In this document: positions 34,518 through 43,669 of the stretch, piece by piece | Numbering within the stretch: the first letter of the stretch is position 1 | Layout of the letters: the number at the start of each line of letters is the position of its first letter | Assembly: GCA_035461245.1 (NCBI GenBank) | Contig: DATHVP010000148.1 | Coordinates: 75-64,074, forward strand | Direction of reading: 5' to 3' | Source of the DNA: Longimicrobiales bacterium | GTDB lineage: Bacteria > Gemmatimonadota > Gemmatimonadetes > Longimicrobiales > RSA9 | Length of the DNA stretch: 64,000 nucleotides | Notes under the pieces: generated by a model | What the model was told of the DNA's origin: nothing | What the model saw: the letters and a program-made list of their open reading frames with translations, nothing else | The model's database searches: none | Made by a program: the position numbers and the translations under genes

Positions 34518-35504
34518 ATGCTGCACATACGCGACATCCAGCAGGCCGGCCGCAGACTGGCAGGTCGAGTCCACCGTACGCCGGTGCTGACATCCCGGAC
34601 CCTGGACCGCATCACCGGCGCGACGCTGTTCCTGAAGCCCGAAATGCTCCAGCGGACGGGGTCCTTCAAGGTGCGCGGCGTGCTGAACCGCATCGCCGAC
34701 CTGGAGCCCGAGGAACGGCAACGTGGCATCATCACCATATCCGCCGGCAACCACGGCCAGGCCGTTGCGTTCGCCGCCGCGGCGGAGGGCGTAAACGCGA
34801 CCGTTGTCATGCCGGCCCACGCCACGCCGGCCAAGGTGGAGGCATGCAGGGATTACGGCGCGAACGTGGTGCTGCATGGCGACATCTTCGGCGCGTTTGA
34901 GAGGATGGAGGAACTGCGGCAGCGTGACGGCGGCGTCCTCATCCATCCCTTCGATGATCCCGCCATCATGGCCGGACAGGGCACGGTAGCATTGGAGATA
35001 TGCGACGATGTGCCGGAGCTGGACGCCATCGTCATTCCCGCCGGCGGCGGCGGACTGCTGTCGGGAGCGTCAGCGGCCATGAAGGCGCTTCAGCCCGGCG
35101 CCCGCGTCATCGGCGTCGAGCCGACAGGCGCCGCGGCCATCCTGCGCGGGATGGAGGTCGGCAAGCCGGTGCGGCTGGATGCCGTCGACACCATCGCCGA
35201 CGGGCTGGGCGCGCCCATGACCAGCAGTGACGTGCTTGCCCACGTTCGCGCCTTCGTGGATGACATGGTCGTCGTCACCGACGACCAGATCCGCGCCGCC
35301 ATGCGGCTACTGCTGGAACGCTGCAAGCTGCTGACGGAGCCCGCTGGCGCTGCCGCCCTCGCCGCAGTGCTCGCTGGCGTCGCAACTGTGCCCGGCACGG
35401 CCGGCCGCGCGCCTCGCATCGCCGTCGTGCTGAGCGGCGGCAACATCGACATGCCGCGCCTGGCGGAACTGCTTACGGACCACCGCTCCAACCCGGAGGA
35501 CTGA
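34518..35504 (+). CDS. Threonine/serine dehydratase (PLP, fold type II)
   Basis: Start at the ATG at 34518 (MLHIRDIQ). PLP-lysine motif GSFKVRG, then SAGNHGQA and a GGGGL loop. Confidence 0.85.
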   Translation: MLHIRDIQQAGRRLAGRVHRTPVLTSRTLDRITGATLFLKPEMLQRTGSFKVRGVLNRIADLEPEERQRGIITISAGNHGQAVAFAAAAEGVNATVVMPAHATPAKVEACRDYGANVVLHGDIFGAFERMEELRQRDGGVLIHPFDDPAIMAGQGTVALEICDDVPELDAIVIPAGGGGLLSGASAAMKALQPGARVIGVEPTGAAAILRGMEVGKPVRLDAVDTIADGLGAPMTSSDVLAHVRAFVDDMVVVTDDQIRAAMRLLLERCKLLTEPAGAAALAAVLAGVATVPGTAGRAPRIAVVLSGGNIDMPRLAELLTDHRSNPED

Positions 35505-35508
35505 ACGC

Positions 35509-36003
35509 ATGGGACGACTGATCCGGCCCCTCACGACAGTGACGTGCGCGGCGCTCCTCATGTCCCTGGCCGGCTGCACGGTAACGGCTTCACGCGCCGG
35601 CTCCGGTGCCGGCCGGCCCGAGGTGGTGAACCTGCCCGGCGCCGCGGCGCTGGCCACGTACTCGCCTGCCGTCCGCAGCGGCGGGCTCGTCTTTCTTTCA
35701 GGTCAGGTGGGGCTCCGCCCGGGCACTCGTGAACTGGTGACGGGTGGCATCGAGGCGGAGACGCGGCAGACGCTGGACAACGTACGCGCGGTGCTTGCGG
35801 CCGCCGGCCTGACGCGGGAGCACCTGGTGAAGTGCACCGTGTTCCTGGCCGACATCGCCGACTACGAGGCCATGAACGCAGTGTACGCTGAGTTCTTTGC
35901 CGGCGTGCAGGCGCCGGCACGGTCGGCCCTCGGCGTCGGCGGCCTGCCCCTGGGGGCGCGCGTCGAGATCGAATGCATTGCCGCCGACAACGGACCCGCG
36001 TGA
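35509..36003 (+). CDS. RidA/YjgF family protein with predicted lipoprotein signal
   Basis: RidA core (YSPAVRSGGLVFLSGQ, TVFL.D..DY..MN.VY, RVEIECIA). The ATG 5 nt after the dehydratase stop gives MGRLIRPLTTVTCAALLMSLAGC. Confidence 0.8.
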   Translation: MGRLIRPLTTVTCAALLMSLAGCTVTASRAGSGAGRPEVVNLPGAAALATYSPAVRSGGLVFLSGQVGLRPGTRELVTGGIEAETRQTLDNVRAVLAAAGLTREHLVKCTVFLADIADYEAMNAVYAEFFAGVQAPARSALGVGGLPLGARVEIECIAADNGPA

Positions 36004-36010
36004 GGCGCGC

Positions 36011-36661
36011 TTGAACCTGCAGTTCGCCATTCTGGCATTCACGTCGCTGCTCGCCATCGTCAATCCGCTGGGCGCAGTGCCGCTGTTCATCGCGCTGACG
36101 GCGCCGTACTCGACGGCGCACCGCGCCGCCACGCTGCGTCGGGCCATACTGACCGGCGTGTCCGTGCTGTTCCTCTTCGCCCTGGCTGGCACCTACATCC
36201 TCCAGTTCTTCGGCATCACGCGGCAGGCGTTCCAGATCGCCGGCGGCATCCTGTTCTTTGCCATCGGCTGGGACATGCTGCAGGCCCGGCGGTCCCGGGT
36301 GAAGACGACGGAGGAGGAGGAAACCGAAAGCCACATGAAGGATGATGTGGGCATCATCCCGCTGGGCCTGCCGACCCTGGCCGGACCCGGCGCCATCACC
36401 ACCGTCATCGCCCTGAACGGCCAGGCCCCAACGTTGCTGGATTCCCTGTCCGTATACGTGGCCATCGTGCTGGTGATGGTCATCTGCTGGGTAACGCTCA
36501 CAGCTGCACCCGTACTGACGCGGCGCATCGGACAGACCGGGATGAACGTCATGACGCGGCTCATGGGCCTGCTGGTCATGGTTATCGGCGCCCAGTTCGT
36601 CATTAACGGCAGCACGATCGTGATCCTGGACATCGCGGCACGCCTGCGCGACTTCCAGTGA
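36011..36661 (+). CDS. MarC family (UPF0056) integral membrane protein
   Basis: A TTG at 36011 gives NLQFAILAFTSLLAIVNPLG, the typical MarC N-terminus. The protein has multiple transmembrane segments. Confidence 0.75.
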   Translation: MNLQFAILAFTSLLAIVNPLGAVPLFIALTAPYSTAHRAATLRRAILTGVSVLFLFALAGTYILQFFGITRQAFQIAGGILFFAIGWDMLQARRSRVKTTEEEETESHMKDDVGIIPLGLPTLAGPGAITTVIALNGQAPTLLDSLSVYVAIVLVMVICWVTLTAAPVLTRRIGQTGMNVMTRLMGLLVMVIGAQFVINGSTIVILDIAARLRDFQ

Positions 36662-36680
36662 TGACCGTACAGGAGGATCG

Positions 36681-38858
36681 ATGAAGTTCCGTCTGCATCT
36701 GCTTGCTTTGCTCGTCCCGTTCCTGCTGACCGCGTGCGGCCAGGTGACCTGGCCGCTGCCGTGGCCGCCCCGGCCCGCCGCTCCGGAGGTGGAGCCGGAG
36801 CCCGTACCCGAGGCCATGGAGGAGCCCGAGCCGGAGGCCGACCCGCGGGTGGAACTGCTGTGGGACGAGTGGGGCGTGCCCCACATCTTTGCCGACGACG
36901 CGGCCGCGCTCTTCTATGGGAATGGGTGGGCCATGATGCACAGTCACGGCAACCTGGTGCTGCGCCTGTACGGCCAGGCGCGTGGCCGGGCCGCCGAGTA
37001 CTGGGGCGAGCGTTTCCTGGATTCGGACGTGTGGGTACGCACGAACGGCATCCCCGAGCGCGCCTCGCGCTGGCTCGATGAGCAGGTACCCCACGCCCGT
37101 GCCTGGATCGAGTCATTCGTCGCGGGCATGAACATGTACGCCGAGCGGAATCCGGACGCCATTGCACCCGAGTGGCAGCAGGTCCTGCCCGTCACCGCCG
37201 AAGATGTCCTGGCCCACCAGCAGCGAGTCCTGAACTTCACGTTCCTGGCGAACCCGGCCATGGTCACTGGCACGGCGCGGGCGTGGCAGGCGGACGCGGG
37301 CTCGAACGCGTGGGCGATCGGGCCCTCCCGGTCCGCCACGGGCAATGCGCTGCTCCTCATCAACCCGCACCTGCCCTGGGGCGACCTGTTCACGTTCTAT
37401 GAATTGCACCTGAGCACGCCGGACGTGAACGCGTACGGCGCCACCCTTGTCGGGTTCCCCGGCATCGGCATGGGGTTCAATGAGCACCTCGGCTGGGCGC
37501 ACACGGTGAACACCATCGACTCGGCGGACATCTACGAACTCGTTGTCGAGGGCGATTCGTACGTGCTCGATGGCGTGGCGTACGCACTGGAGGTGGACGA
37601 CCAGCTGCTGCGCATACGACAGCCCGACGGCACCATGACCGAGCGCGCGCTGCCCATCCGACGGAGCGTGCACGGCCCCATTGTCGCCCAGCGGGAAGGC
37701 CGCGCCCTGGCGCTGCGGGTCGCCGGCCTCGACTCGCCGAACCTGCTGGCGCAGTTGTGGGACATGGCGCGAGCGACGAACCGCGCCTCCTTCGAGGTCG
37801 CCCTGTCGCGCCTGCAGCTGCCCATGTTCACGGTGATGTACGCTGACAGGAGCGGCGACATCATGCACGTGTTCAACGGCGCCGTACCCCTGCGAGGCCG
37901 TGGCGACTGGAACTACTGGCAGGGCATTGTACCCGGCGACTCGTCTGCCACGCTCTGGACGCGGGTCCACGATTACAACGTCCTGCCCCGCATCGTGAAC
38001 CCGGGCACGGGCTGGCTGCAGAACGCCAATGACCCGCCCTGGACCACGACGTTCCCGCAGGCTCTGAGCCCGACGTTCTTCCCGCCCTATGTGGCACCTG
38101 AGCGGCCGCTGGCCTTCCGGCCCATGCGCTCGGCACGCATGCTTGCCGAGACGTCACGCATGACACTGGAGCGCATGATCGAACTCAAGCACTCCACCCG
38201 GATGCAGGCCGCCGACCATCTGGTGAGTGACGTGGTTGCTGCAGCTCGCTCCCTGGAGCTGCCCGGTTCGAGGGAGGCCGCCGGCGTCCTGGAGACCTGG
38301 GACCGGAACGCCGATGCAGGCAGCCGGGGCGCCGTACTCTTCGCGCACTTCTACCGCGCCATGGCCGCGGAGCGGTGGCCCTCCGGCTCCATGTTCGAGA
38401 TTCCGTGGACGCCGGCCATCCCCTTCGGCACGCCTGAAGGGCTGGCGCACCCCCGCCGCGCCGTCGAACTCCTCGTGCAGGCGGCGGCGGAAGTCAGCAC
38501 GGTTTACGGCAGCCTCGACGTCGCCTGGGGCGATGTGCACCGCCTCCGGCTGGATGACGTGGATCTTCCCGCCAACGGTGGCGGCGGTGAACTCGGCATA
38601 TTCCGCGTCGTCGCCTTCGAACCGGTGCCAGGCGATGCGAGCCGGCAGGTCGCGACGAGCGGCGACTCGTTCATTGCCGCAATCGAGTTCGGCGACAGCG
38701 TCCGGGCCCGGGTGCTTACCGTCTACGGCAACAGCACGCAGCCCGGCTCGCCGCACCGGACCGACCAGCTCGGCCTGTTCGCCCGTAAGGAACTCCGGCC
38801 CGTGCGCATGACGCGCGACGAAGTACTGCCCCACGTCACCCGGCGCGACGCGTTCTGA
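36681..38858 (+). CDS. Penicillin acylase family Ntn-hydrolase (AHL acylase-like)
   Basis: Signal/lipobox LLTAC. The autoprocessing site and nucleophile region read GSNAWAIG. At 725 aa the length is typical of PvdQ/QuiP-type acylases. Confidence 0.85.
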   Translation: MKFRLHLLALLVPFLLTACGQVTWPLPWPPRPAAPEVEPEPVPEAMEEPEPEADPRVELLWDEWGVPHIFADDAAALFYGNGWAMMHSHGNLVLRLYGQARGRAAEYWGERFLDSDVWVRTNGIPERASRWLDEQVPHARAWIESFVAGMNMYAERNPDAIAPEWQQVLPVTAEDVLAHQQRVLNFTFLANPAMVTGTARAWQADAGSNAWAIGPSRSATGNALLLINPHLPWGDLFTFYELHLSTPDVNAYGATLVGFPGIGMGFNEHLGWAHTVNTIDSADIYELVVEGDSYVLDGVAYALEVDDQLLRIRQPDGTMTERALPIRRSVHGPIVAQREGRALALRVAGLDSPNLLAQLWDMARATNRASFEVALSRLQLPMFTVMYADRSGDIMHVFNGAVPLRGRGDWNYWQGIVPGDSSATLWTRVHDYNVLPRIVNPGTGWLQNANDPPWTTTFPQALSPTFFPPYVAPERPLAFRPMRSARMLAETSRMTLERMIELKHSTRMQAADHLVSDVVAAARSLELPGSREAAGVLETWDRNADAGSRGAVLFAHFYRAMAAERWPSGSMFEIPWTPAIPFGTPEGLAHPRRAVELLVQAAAEVSTVYGSLDVAWGDVHRLRLDDVDLPANGGGGELGIFRVVAFEPVPGDASRQVATSGDSFIAAIEFGDSVRARVLTVYGNSTQPGSPHRTDQLGLFARKELRPVRMTRDEVLPHVTRRDAF

Positions 38859-38888
38859 GCCTGACGTCCTGAGGCCGACCTGTCCACC

Positions 38889-39584
38889 TCAGCCGGTCAT
38901 CAGGTAGACGCGTGCCGTTCTTCTCGGCACGCCTTCCAGGTCGTGGGGCACTGCCATGTCGAAGCTCGCCAGCAGGCGCATGCCCGTCTCGTCGAAATAC
39001 GTGCGTCCGGCGTCTGCCGCCAGGACGGTGGCGCCGTTGCGAAGCGCACGCTCCAGAACGCTGCGCTGGCGCGGCGTCTCACTCCGTTCATACGCCAGGT
39101 CGCTGCACAGGACGACGTCGAAGTCATCCACCAGCTGCGGCGTAGCGCACAGGTCATCAATCAGGGGCTGCAGTTGCAGCCCCTGCGTTCCTGCCGCCAG
39201 CCCCGCCACCGCCACAGCCCAGGGGTCCACATCGTTTGCCGTGACCGTGCCGCCCGCCCGGGCCGCCGCCAGTGCCGTGACGCCGCCGCCAGCGCCGAAA
39301 TCAATGACGTTCCGTCCCCGCACCAGTTCCGGCCGGTCCAGCACCAGGCGGGCGAGGGCACTGCCGCCGGGCCACGGGTACGCCCAGAAGGGGGCGGGCA
39401 GCGTCGCGCCCGCCATTGCCTCGGCGGCCTGCCAGACCTCCACGAGTGATCGGGCGTGGAAAACCTGCAGTTCGGGACATAGCGGCGCGGGGCGGAGCGG
39501 CGCATGCTCGGCCAGCAGCCGGGACAGCTCAGAGGCAGGAGGAGCGGGGACCGTCGGCTTCAGCAGCGGACCAGCCCCCTGCAC
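38889..39584 (-). CDS. Class I SAM-dependent methyltransferase (COG3897-like)
   Basis: PFWAYPWPGGSALA then the SAM motif VIDFGAGGGVTALAAARAGG. The track ORF extends to 39713. I prefer the GTG at 39584, which overlaps the upstream gene by 25 nt. The start is uncertain. Confidence 0.6.
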   Translation of the reverse strand: MQGAGPLLKPTVPAPPASELSRLLAEHAPLRPAPLCPELQVFHARSLVEVWQAAEAMAGATLPAPFWAYPWPGGSALARLVLDRPELVRGRNVIDFGAGGGVTALAAARAGGTVTANDVDPWAVAVAGLAAGTQGLQLQPLIDDLCATPQLVDDFDVVLCSDLAYERSETPRQRSVLERALRNGATVLAADAGRTYFDETGMRLLASFDMAVPHDLEGVPRRTARVYLMTG

Positions 39585-40102
39585 GACGCGGGCTGGAGAG
39601 TATACAGCTGGACGATGTACCACTGGCCTCGCGTGTCCCGGGCGATCCCCGCACCTGTGTGCGTGTACTCGGCCTCCAGCAGGTTGCGACGGTGCATGTC
39701 CGACCCCAGCCACATCTCGATGATCTTCGCCGGCACCTCAGCGGCCTCGCCGTATGTGCTTGCCAGGTTCTCGGCGGCGCGCTGCCACCGGCCGCCGGCG
39801 TGATCGATGCGCTGCGTATGCGTATGGCGACCCGGCACCGGTGAATGGTGATCCAGGGTCCGACGGGTGGCCAGTTCCGCCGCGTAGTCGGTGGCCGCAC
39901 GGACCAGCGCAGGGTCCGTTCGCAGCGTCTGCAGCCGACGGGCCGCCCGCAGGCGGTTCAGTTCCGTCGTCATGCCGTCAGCGACGTGTGCATAGGTGCC
40001 GGACGCGTCTCCCGGCACGCCGCCCCCGGACGCCGCCTGCCCACCGGCGCACGCCGCACACCACAGCCCCAGCGCGCCGGCCACAACAGCACGCCCCGCC
40101 AT
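39560..40102 (-). CDS. CAP/SCP (YkwD-like) domain lipoprotein
   Basis: The ATG at 40102 gives MAGRAVVAGALGLWCAAC. CAP-domain segments are present (LNRLRAARRL, HHSP, AENLA, MWLGSDMHRRNLL, TGAGIA). Confidence 0.75.
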   Translation of the reverse strand: MAGRAVVAGALGLWCAACAGGQAASGGGVPGDASGTYAHVADGMTTELNRLRAARRLQTLRTDPALVRAATDYAAELATRRTLDHHSPVPGRHTHTQRIDHAGGRWQRAAENLASTYGEAAEVPAKIIEMWLGSDMHRRNLLEAEYTHTGAGIARDTRGQWYIVQLYTLQPASCRGLVRC

Positions 40103-40126
40103 CCTACCCGTCAACCCTCACGTAAG

Positions 40127-40200
40127 CCATCCCCATACACCATCCCCATACACCATACACCATCCCCATACACCATCCCCATACACCATCCCCATACACC
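40127..40200. repeat. Tandem 13-nt repeat CCATCCCCATACA (5 full units plus one 7-nt partial)
   Basis: Read directly in the intergenic spacer between the CAP gene start and the GMC oxidoreductase stop. The unit is the reverse complement of part of the 45175/45836 repeat arms. Confidence 0.9.
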
Positions 40201-40218
40201 TGAAACGCCCTGCAGACC

Positions 40219-41775
40219 TCAAATTCCCTCCCGCCCATGCCGCTCATGGATGCCCGCCGCGATCCAGCGGGCCACGCCCATGATGGTCAGCGACGGATCC
40301 ACTGAAACCGAGCCCGGCAGCGCCGCGCCATCCGCCACATACAACCCCTTCAATCGGTGTGCCTCGCCGGTGGGCCCGGCAAAGGCGTCGGCGGGATCGG
40401 AGCCGATGGGTGCCGTGCCCATGAGGTGCGAACCGGCGCAGAACTGGGCATTGGGCTGGACGCTGCGCAGCGTGATCCTCGTGCGGACGTCATCCTCGTT
40501 CCGCACAACGGTGTTGTAGACGTCGGGGATCCAGACCTCCTGCGCGCCGGCGGCGAGGAAGATGCGCGACGCATTCCTCAGGTAGTCCACGGCCTTGAGC
40601 TGGTCCACGCCGCGCACGTTGTACTCCGTGCGGCGGATGCCGTTGCGGTCAAGGAAGACGCGGCCGGGGTTGTCCTCATCGATGACGGACATGAGGGAGC
40701 CCAGGTGCCGGTACTTCTTCATGCGCTCGGTGCTCAGCGCGCCGTGACCGCCCAGCATCACCGACGCGATGCCCGGCGACTGGTGGTTCGTGAGCATGAT
40801 GTAGCCGCCACCGGCATACTCGCCTGCGGCATCGTGCTGCACGTGACGGAACCCGTGGACCACGTACGCGCAGGGGATGCCCGTCACGTTGTCGATGGGC
40901 CGCCCCATGTCCGCCCAGACGAAGTAGTGCGGGTTGATGTAGAAACGTCGCCCCACGACGTCGTCACCCATGTTCCGCAGCAGGATGTCGGCCGTGCCCA
41001 GCGCGCCGCCGGCAAGCACGACGACGGGCGCCTCCACGCGGAACGAGCCGGTGGCCGCCTTCGTGGCCCGGTCCACGAACGTGCCTGCCACACCCGTGAC
41101 GCGTTCGCCCTCGCCGGCGCCGTCCCGCAGCAGCCGCGTGACAATGGCATCGCTGTAGATGCGGCCGCCGGTCTTCGAGACGCGCGGGATGGTGGTGATG
41201 AGCTGGGACGTCTTCCGGTTGTACGTGCAGCCGAACTGCGTCCAGCCGCAGCCGATGCAATCAATGCGGGCCGTGGGCGGAGCGTGCCCCTCGATGCCCA
41301 GCGCCTCGCACCCCTGGCGCACCAGCCGGTTGTTCTCGTTGAACAGCCGCTCCGGCGTGACGTGGATGCCCAGCTCTTCCTCGATGGCCTGCCAGTGCGG
41401 ATCCAGCTCGGACTCCGTGAACCAGTCCACGCCGCTCTCCCGCCGCCACCGCTCCAGGCGATCGCCGGGGGCCCGGAACGAGTCGCCCCAGTAGTGCACC
41501 GTGGAGCCGCCGACGGCCTCGGCGTAGTTCAGGAACACGGCGTTGTCGGTGGACGAGTCGAGGCCGCGGCGTCCGTTGAAGTCGCCCATGGCCTCTTCCT
41601 CCCGCTGGGAGAACTCCTCGGCCCGGAGGAACGCGCCCTTCTCGAGCATGACCACGTCCCAGCCCCGCTCTGCCAGGTAGGCCGCCAGCGTGCCGCCGCC
41701 GGAGCCCGTGCCTACGACAATGACGTCCGCCCGATCCGCAATCCGGTCGGTACGGGCTGCGCCCTGGATGATCAT
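40219..41775 (-). CDS. GMC family FAD-dependent oxidoreductase
   Basis: Start at the ATG at 41775 (ATGA overlap with the upstream gene). FAD-binding VIVVGTGSGGGTLAAYLAERG and a C-terminal GMC region (TAPIGSDP...LYVADGAALP). Confidence 0.9.
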   Translation of the reverse strand: MIIQGAARTDRIADRADVIVVGTGSGGGTLAAYLAERGWDVVMLEKGAFLRAEEFSQREEEAMGDFNGRRGLDSSTDNAVFLNYAEAVGGSTVHYWGDSFRAPGDRLERWRRESGVDWFTESELDPHWQAIEEELGIHVTPERLFNENNRLVRQGCEALGIEGHAPPTARIDCIGCGWTQFGCTYNRKTSQLITTIPRVSKTGGRIYSDAIVTRLLRDGAGEGERVTGVAGTFVDRATKAATGSFRVEAPVVVLAGGALGTADILLRNMGDDVVGRRFYINPHYFVWADMGRPIDNVTGIPCAYVVHGFRHVQHDAAGEYAGGGYIMLTNHQSPGIASVMLGGHGALSTERMKKYRHLGSLMSVIDEDNPGRVFLDRNGIRRTEYNVRGVDQLKAVDYLRNASRIFLAAGAQEVWIPDVYNTVVRNEDDVRTRITLRSVQPNAQFCAGSHLMGTAPIGSDPADAFAGPTGEAHRLKGLYVADGAALPGSVSVDPSLTIMGVARWIAAGIHERHGREGI

Positions 41776-42329
41776 GCGATGTCGCCGAAATCCACGGGAT
41801 AGGCCGGCACGTTCATGTACTCCGGCCACGGCCCGGGGAATCCCGTAAGGGGACGCGTGGCGTCATCCACCCACGCGAAGTAGATGACGAAGCCGCGCAA
41901 CGCCTGGTACGCCGCGCGACGAAGGTTGAAGCGCGACGTCGCCCAGCTCTGCAGCACCCGGGTGCGCGCGGCCGGGGAGAGGGCCGTGAAGCGCCGCGGC
42001 TGCAGGGCCAGGATGGTGCCGTGTTCCATCAGCGAGAGTACTGTCCGCATGTCCGACAGCATGGGCTCGCCGGCCACGGCCAGTTCGGCGTCAATGCCGG
42101 CGGCAATGGCGTCCGGCGACACCGGCGTGTCCACCACAATGACCTCCGCCGCTGCCCGCGCTACTGCGTACTGCTTCTCCGACAACGCCCGCAGATCCAC
42201 GCCTGCGGCCTGCGCCTGGGGGTAATCCCGGCTGCACCCCGCAGGCAGGGCGGCGGCGGCGGCCACGGCGGCGCTGCCACCGGCTACGGTCCGCAGGAAT
42301 CCTCGTCGCGGCAGGATCGAATCGCGCAT
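41772..42329 (-). CDS. Gluconate 2-dehydrogenase subunit 3 family protein (Tat signal)
   Basis: Twin-arginine signal PRRGFLRTVAGGSAAVAAAAALPAGC. This small subunit is typically paired with GMC oxidoreductases. Confidence 0.7.
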   Translation of the reverse strand: MRDSILPRRGFLRTVAGGSAAVAAAAALPAGCSRDYPQAQAAGVDLRALSEKQYAVARAAAEVIVVDTPVSPDAIAAGIDAELAVAGEPMLSDMRTVLSLMEHGTILALQPRRFTALSPAARTRVLQSWATSRFNLRRAAYQALRGFVIYFAWVDDATRPLTGFPGPWPEYMNVPAYPVDFGDIA

Positions 42330-42447
42330 GGGTCCAATTTATCGCGGGCCAGTGAAAAATGCATGGCAGTCTTGTCCCGGCACCGCTGGCGTCCTTACCT
42401 TGCCGACGATCCAGCATATTCGCTGCTTACGACACGGGCCGACGCCT

Positions 42448-43659
42448 TTGCGCGCTATCCGCTTCCACTATCGTCCCGTCCGATACCTGCTGACCCGCTA
42501 CGCCGCGGCGCGCCGACCGGCGCTGGCGCTGGGTCCGCTGGGGTGTGTCGCACTGGACGACGTGGAGCCACCGGCGCTGCCGGGCGACGACTGGGTCCGG
42601 GTGCAGCCGACGCTGTCGGGCATTTGCGGCAGCGACCTGTCGGCGGTGACGGCCCATGACAGCTTCACCCTGGAGCCGTTCGGCGCCTACCCCTTCACCT
42701 TCGGCCATGAGAACGTCGGCCGGGTGGTGGAGAGCGGCGGCACGGCGGGCGCATGGAAGCCCGGCGATCGTGTCATCGTCAATCCCATGCTGGCGTGCAC
42801 CCAGCGGGGGCTGGAGCCGTGTCCCGCGTGCGTCCGGGGCGAATACGGGCTGTGTCGCAGCACGGGCGATGGCGCCCTCGGCGGCGGCCCCATGATCGGC
42901 TATTCGCCCCGGGCCGGCGGCGGCTGGTCGGGCGGCTTTGTCGCCCACCATACGCAGCTGCGGGCCGCCGACGGGCTGGACGATGAGGTGGCGGTGCTGA
43001 CGGACCCGCTGGCGTCCGCCCTGCGCCCGGTGCTGCTGCACCCGCCGGCCGGGGACGACGTCGTCCTCGTCATCGGCGGCGGCACCATCGGCGCCCTCAC
43101 CGTGGCGGCGCTGCGGGCGGTGGGCTGGGAGGGGCCGGTGGCGTGCCTGGCCCGTTACGATTTCCAGCTGGAACTGGCGGAGGCGGCAGGCGCGGACCAC
43201 GTCTTCCGCCGGCCGGACGAGGTGTACGCCTGGGCGGAGTCGCTGCCCCATGCCCGCTCGTACCGACCCACGCTGGCGCCGCGCTTCGTGGAGGGCGGAC
43301 CGTCCCTCGTCTACGATACGGTGGGCTCGGCATCCTCCGTGGGCGATTCCCTGGCCCTCACGCGGGAAGGCGGGCGCGTTGTGCTCGTGGGCGCCGCGGC
43401 GAAGGTGGACGCCGACTGGACGCGCCTGTGGTACCGCCAACTGACGGTCGCGGGTATCTTTGCCTATGGCAGGGCCCGCTTCCGCGGCCAGGATCGCGAC
43501 ATCTACGACATCACCATCGACGTGCTCCGCGCCGGCGTCATCGGCCGCCTCGGGATGCTGACTCACGTTTTCGGACTGGAGGAGTATCGTGCAGCACTCA
43601 ACGCCGCCCTCGACAAAGGCGGACACCGCTCCATCAAGGTTGCGTTCCGACCGGAATGA
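42448..43659 (+). CDS. Zinc-dependent alcohol/threonine dehydrogenase-like MDR enzyme
   Basis: A candidate TTG at 42448 gives RAIRFHY. Catalytic Zn motif SGICGSDL, then FGHENVG and the structural Cys cluster CTQ..CPACVRGEYGLC. The start is uncertain. Confidence 0.75.
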   Translation: MRAIRFHYRPVRYLLTRYAAARRPALALGPLGCVALDDVEPPALPGDDWVRVQPTLSGICGSDLSAVTAHDSFTLEPFGAYPFTFGHENVGRVVESGGTAGAWKPGDRVIVNPMLACTQRGLEPCPACVRGEYGLCRSTGDGALGGGPMIGYSPRAGGGWSGGFVAHHTQLRAADGLDDEVAVLTDPLASALRPVLLHPPAGDDVVLVIGGGTIGALTVAALRAVGWEGPVACLARYDFQLELAEAAGADHVFRRPDEVYAWAESLPHARSYRPTLAPRFVEGGPSLVYDTVGSASSVGDSLALTREGGRVVLVGAAAKVDADWTRLWYRQLTVAGIFAYGRARFRGQDRDIYDITIDVLRAGVIGRLGMLTHVFGLEEYRAALNAALDKGGHRSIKVAFRPE

Positions 43660-43669
43660 CGCCCAGACC

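Noticed and set aside
32491-34590. 699-aa plus-strand ORF
   Set aside because: It is antisense to ftsH, whose identity is unambiguous.
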